This document shows, one piece after another, positions 7,057 through 10,376 of a DNA stretch of 10,376 nt. Source of the DNA: Candidatus Micrarchaeota archaeon (lineage in GTDB: Archaea > Micrarchaeota > Micrarchaeia > Anstonellales > Anstonellaceae). A program made the position numbers and the translations under genes. Each line of letters begins with the position of its first letter. Position 1 is the first letter of the stretch. The notes beneath the pieces are model-generated. The model was not told where the DNA came from. It did no database searches and worked only from the letters and a program-made list of their open reading frames with translations. The stretch spans positions 1-10,376 of the forward strand of contig JBDRNY010000018.1 in the NCBI GenBank assembly GCA_043810635.1, read 5' to 3'.

Positions 7057-8316
7057 TTATTTCCTATTTAGCTTTTTTAGGGTTTCGTGGGTTTCTTTTA
7101 CAAACTTTTTGTTCATCTGCTTTTCATCAACAGGGTGCCAGTCGTGCCTGTCCATCCATTCCAAATCAGGCTTGTCAAAAGGCTCTTTTCTTATATATTT
7201 TTTAAATAATTCAAGCTTTCGCTCGGATTTTTCGTTATTTTCCAATAATTTCTTGAAAACATCCAAATGCTTTACAGCGATATTGTTTAAGCCGGAATTT
7301 ATGGTGGAGGATAGATTAGTGATTCTATAAGAAAGCTGTTTAACTTCTTCCTTGAGAGCGTCGCTGGATTTCTTAGATTCCCAAACTGCTATAAGAGCAG
7401 CCACAACAGTTGCGAGAACCAGAATAAAAGTAAAACGCGACAAATTCTTAGTTTCTTCTGCCAAAGTTTTTGTTTCGTTAGCCAAATTTTCATTTGCAAT
7501 AGCCGAGCGAAGACTAGCATTGATTGAGGTATTAAGATAAGCCAGTTCAAGCTCCTTAAGTTTTTTCAGTTCCCTTGCTTCTTTTCTGAAGACATCCTCA
7601 CCTCCGAGAGTCATAGTAAATAAAATATAATTGTCACTAGGGGATAGATTAGTTTTACATATAATACCATTTTCCAAAGCAAAAGACTCAAACGTCAAGC
7701 CAGAACTATTTTTACATGCTCCTCCTTCCACCATAAGACGAACACCAGAGTCACCTTCGCTGACCAAGAATACAGGGTATTCGTTTGTTATCTCTGATAA
7801 ACCAAAGGGTATTGTAGGAGAAACGATATAGTCCGAGTCAGGATTATTTTCAACAACACTATATGGAGATAAAATGCGAGACTCAATTTTGAATGCTATT
7901 TGCTTCCGAGGTTTGAAGTATACTTTGAGAGTGTTTGAAGAGCGATTGAAAACAAATTGCCCGTCGGAGTAGTTCTCAAGAACATATGTACGTCTAAATT
8001 TTTGTCCAGTAAGAGTATCAGTAACGTTTATTTCGCCCCAAATTGTTGAGTCCGGAGGCAATGCAAAAGTCTGATTCATAACGCCCTTCTCATCAACAAT
8101 TAAATCTCCGAAATCATGAACCATACCAACAGTCAGAGAATAAGACAGGCTAGAGTCATTATGGAGAACTAGATGAATGAAAACTTCTTCTACCCGAAAA
8201 GGAATTTCAAGCAGACGCTCATAGCAAGTGTCCCCAACAGGATAAGGGCATGTAGAGGAACTGCCCAAAGCCGCAAACAAAAGCAGTAAAAACCCTGCTA
8301 AAAACCGATATTTCAT
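7057..8316 (-). CDS. Type-I membrane glycoprotein (signal peptide, beta-rich ectodomain, coiled-coil stalk, one TM, cytoplasmic coiled-coil tail)
   Basis: 419 aa; signal-like N-terminus MKYRFLAGFLLLLFAALG; TM FTFILVLATVVAALIAVW; 11 N-x-S/T sequons before the TM. Confidence 0.8.
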   Translation of the reverse strand: MKYRFLAGFLLLLFAALGSSSTCPYPVGDTCYERLLEIPFRVEEVFIHLVLHNDSSLSYSLTVGMVHDFGDLIVDEKGVMNQTFALPPDSTIWGEINVTDTLTGQKFRRTYVLENYSDGQFVFNRSSNTLKVYFKPRKQIAFKIESRILSPYSVVENNPDSDYIVSPTIPFGLSEITNEYPVFLVSEGDSGVRLMVEGGACKNSSGLTFESFALENGIICKTNLSPSDNYILFTMTLGGEDVFRKEARELKKLKELELAYLNTSINASLRSAIANENLANETKTLAEETKNLSRFTFILVLATVVAALIAVWESKKSSDALKEEVKQLSYRITNLSSTINSGLNNIAVKHLDVFKKLLENNEKSERKLELFKKYIRKEPFDKPDLEWMDRHDWHPVDEKQMNKKFVKETHETLKKLNRK

Positions 8317-8338
8317 GTTTTAATTTTAACAATATCAA

Positions 8339-8346
8339 TCTATAAG
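8339..8346 (-). promoter_or_regulatory. Putative TATA box for leaderless transcription of the 419-aa gene, within a 66-bp divergent intergenic region
   Basis: CTTATAGA at -30 to -23 from ATG 8316. Confidence 0.4.
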
Positions 8347-8382
8347 AGGTTTGCCCTACAAAAGTATTAATGTGGGAGCAGC

Positions 8383-9129
8383 ATGGCATCAACTTTAACT
8401 TATCAGCAATTGTTTCAATTATACAGAAATGAAAAAGAAACTAATGCATTGGGAAAATTGCCGGATGAATTTGAAGAATCCCTTTCTTTTCTTGTTTCCT
8501 CCTTGAATAAAAAGGCGGAATATGAGGAAAATGTGAGAAAGGAATTGGAAAATGCGAAAAAAATAGCATCTTCGCTTATGGAATTGAGGAGAAGGAAGCT
8601 TGTTTTGAGGGCTATTTCAAATAATGAGGAGGGGAAAATTGACGGGATAAACGGAAGGGAAGAGAAATTTTTTGAAAATATAAGGGAGATATGCGGGAAG
8701 GAGGAGAGGTGGGTGGAGAGCACGGTAGGAGAGGGAAGAAGGGAAGGAGATGAGCCTGCCAAAAAAATCAAAATGATGAAAGATGTGCCTGAATACAAGG
8801 GCTCGGACGGAAAGGATTATGGCCCCTATTCGCAGGGGGAAACTGTTGAGCTGGCGGAAAAAGAAGCAGAATGGATGGTTGACAGGAAAATGGCTGGCTG
8901 GGTTGAAAATCCTAATAAAAAGCCCTCTGCCCCTTCAAACGGGGTTATTTATGTAACCAAAGCGGTTAAGCTTCTCAAAATGTATATGGAATATGATATT
9001 CCGGAATATGAAAACACTGAAGGGGAGAAATACGGGCCTTACAAAAAGGGGGATATTGTTGAGCTGCCAGAGCCTGAGGCAAGGTATTTGATTAGGAGGA
9101 AGCTGGCAGATATTGTTGTGGAAGAGTGA
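8383..9129 (+). CDS. gins51: DNA replication factor GINS, Gins51-type subunit, with duplicated C-terminal B-domain
   Basis: Helical A-domain (LTYQQL..LYRNEK....LGKLPDEF...ELENAK......MELRRRKLV...EEKFF) followed by two copies of the B-domain motif D.PEY....G..YGPY..G..VEL.E.EA. Confidence 0.88.
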   Translation: MASTLTYQQLFQLYRNEKETNALGKLPDEFEESLSFLVSSLNKKAEYEENVRKELENAKKIASSLMELRRRKLVLRAISNNEEGKIDGINGREEKFFENIREICGKEERWVESTVGEGRREGDEPAKKIKMMKDVPEYKGSDGKDYGPYSQGETVELAEKEAEWMVDRKMAGWVENPNKKPSAPSNGVIYVTKAVKLLKMYMEYDIPEYENTEGEKYGPYKKGDIVELPEPEARYLIRRKLADIVVEE

Positions 9130-9196
9130 GTGCTGTTTTTACTGGAATATTTCCTCATTTATAATATCTGCAATACCTCAAGCCCTTGAACGATTT

Positions 9197-9316
9197 TCAT
9201 AATTTATTCTCCTTAAAATCATAATTCGTTTTGCCAAAGCCTGAGGATTTGGCTATTATTTTGGCGTATTGCCAGAAAATCAGGTCTTTTATTGTTTTGA
9301 CGGCGGAGGGTGGCAT
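9197..9316 (-). pseudogene. Truncated 5' fragment resembling the N-terminus of an HNH endonuclease family protein
   Basis: Translates to MPPSAVKTIKDLIFWQYAKIIAKSSGFGKTNYDFKENKL* (39 aa, not in the ORF track). I recall this N-terminus from longer HNH proteins; no HNH motif is present here. Confidence 0.55.
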
Positions 9317-9325
9317 AGAACCACT

Positions 9326-9382
9326 TCATTTCAAGCTTTCCTCAATAATTTTCTTTTCTTTTTCTTCCCATTTTCTATTCAT
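9326..9382 (-). pseudogene. Short gene-end remnant (..EEKEKKIIEESLK*), resembling the C-terminus of type IIG (Eco57I-like) RM enzymes
   Basis: The stop at 9326-9328 sits 9 nt before the ATG of the HNH-like fragment. The resemblance is from memory and covers only about 13 aa. Confidence 0.3.
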
Positions 9383-9728
9383 ATTCTTTGATAATTACCT
9401 TTATTATCCCCATAAAGGCAACTGCACTTGTGATCATAACTGCCAAAAGTCGGTCTGCAGAGTTCGTTATTGTAATGAGCACATAAACAGAGGCTAATAT
9501 CATAAGTACGATTCCAATTAAGAAAAATGACAGAGTGTTTTCTTTTCGTTTAATCCAATATTTTTTTGCAACTAACAGAACTTCAATAATACTCATACAA
9601 GAGGAGAGAATCTGCATCAACGGGTTATTATTTTTTTCTATTCTCCTTTTGTTAATGAATAATATTATAAGGAAAATAAGAAAGACAATCCATGCCCCCA
9701 AACAGATATCGTTGATTGAGTCAAACAC
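9375..9728 (-). CDS. Small hydrophobic protein with 3-4 TM helices
   Basis: 117 aa, GTG start, four hydrophobic segments, AT-rich, with its own TATA-like element. Confidence 0.65.
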   Translation of the reverse strand: MFDSINDICLGAWIVFLIFLIILFINKRRIEKNNNPLMQILSSCMSIIEVLLVAKKYWIKRKENTLSFFLIGIVLMILASVYVLITITNSADRLLAVMITSAVAFMGIIKVIIKEYE

Positions 9729-9749
9729 ATTTCAGTTATTTTATTAGAT

Positions 9750-9757
9750 AATATAAA
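9750..9757 (-). promoter_or_regulatory. Putative TATA box for the 117-aa membrane protein gene
   Basis: TTTATATT at -29 to -22 from GTG 9728. Confidence 0.45.
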
Positions 9758-9853
9758 TCTTAAGGTTGGTCTGTTTCGTTGGTTTTATGAGTTTTCATTT
9801 TTTCTACCTAAACTAACAATTTTTTTGGAAAAACTAAAAGATTAAGGTTTAAA

Positions 9854-10376
9854 TTATTGTGAGGGTGATTGGTATCTTGTAATTGATAAAGCCCCCCAAT
9901 ACAGTTCAGTGATCTCATATGTCTCCATAGAGGCTATAGAGCGATCTAGTTCTGGCCTTATGAATCTTAAAAAACCACTTTCGTTTATTTGACTTAATTT
10001 GGTTTCCCCTCCAATTAAGCTAATCAAATCACTTTTAGTATACTTTGATTTAGTATTTCTAAACTTTTCAAAAAATGTTTTGAGTTCTGGAAATTCATTA
10101 CAGAGGTATTGATTATATTTATAATCAGAGAATTGCGTTTGAAATGCTGCTTTCAGAGCCTTGTATGATAATTTTATCCCATCATTTTTACTCCTGCTTA
10201 AAGTAAGTTCCTCATCACGTGCTAAGTGAACCAACCATATTATATCTCTTGGAGTAATTATATTGTTTCCATCTTTTACGCCCAACCTTTTGAGAAAATT
10301 GATCGCAGCGCCTTCTTTGTAATCTGTGAGGCCTGCGGTTGCGGACAGCATTTTTGGGACCGCTAGGGCTCTATTA
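9854..10376 (-). CDS. C-terminal part of a larger protein, probably a P-loop ATPase of the Sll1717/FunZ-like type; 5'-truncated by the window edge
   Basis: The frame is open past the track start 10351 to the edge (NRALAVPK-M). It contains 'RL...DG....TPRDII.L...A', 'L..EFP.L' and a winged-helix-like end 'GFL....YEI..LY..AL'. Walker motifs are not in the window. Confidence 0.55.
   Translation of the reverse strand, partial: NRALAVPKMLSATAGLTDYKEGAAINFLKRLGVKDGNNIITPRDIIWLVHLARDEELTLSRSKNDGIKLSYKALKAAFQTQFSDYKYNQYLCNEFPELKTFFEKFRNTKSKYTKSDLISLIGGETKLSQINESGFLRFIRPELDRSIASMETYEITELYWGALSITRYQSPSQ

Noticed and set aside
256..7831. Plus-strand and alternate-frame ORFs in the track (e.g. 556-996, 1930-2283, 3658-4104, 4672-5097, 6998-7330)
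   Set aside because: They are shadows of longer, motif-bearing minus-strand genes and have no recognisable motifs.
9136..9140. T-tract terminator after gins51
   Set aside because: Only five T residues; too weak to call in AT-rich DNA.
9726..9730. ATG at 9730 as the start of the 117-aa gene
   Set aside because: It is out of frame and gives only 21 codons. GTG 9728 was kept, although a TG duplication (ATG-TG-TTT) disabling the gene cannot be excluded.
8415..9747. ORFs 8415-8798 (-), 9231-9497 (+) and 9535-9747 (+)
   Set aside because: They are antisense to gins51, the scar fragments or the 117-aa gene, with composition typical of shadow ORFs.

Overview
Archaeal DNA, based on a GINS gene, TATA-type promoters and GGTGA/GAGGT ribosome-binding sites. 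A DPANN/Micrarchaeota-like origin is my inference. The core is a tightly packed five-gene minus-strand operon (6960 to 524). It encodes a 2-TM protein resembling a VirB3/PrgI plus VirB4 N-terminal module, a VirB4/HerA-family P-loop ATPase with an extra C-terminal domain, a Zn-finger 2-TM protein with a basic tail, a coiled-coil/winged-helix protein and a large 2-TM surface protein. No relaxase, VirB6 or integrase is visible, so it looks like an uncharacterised membrane-spanning secretion or DNA-transfer machine. A Doc/Fic toxin follows it. On the right are a compositionally foreign type-I membrane glycoprotein, a Gins51 with a tandemly duplicated B-domain, and an AT-rich accessory segment. That segment holds a partial P-loop ATPase, a 4-TM protein and short gene scars resembling an RM C-terminus and an HNH N-terminus. 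All family assignments come from motif recognition by eye, not from database searches.
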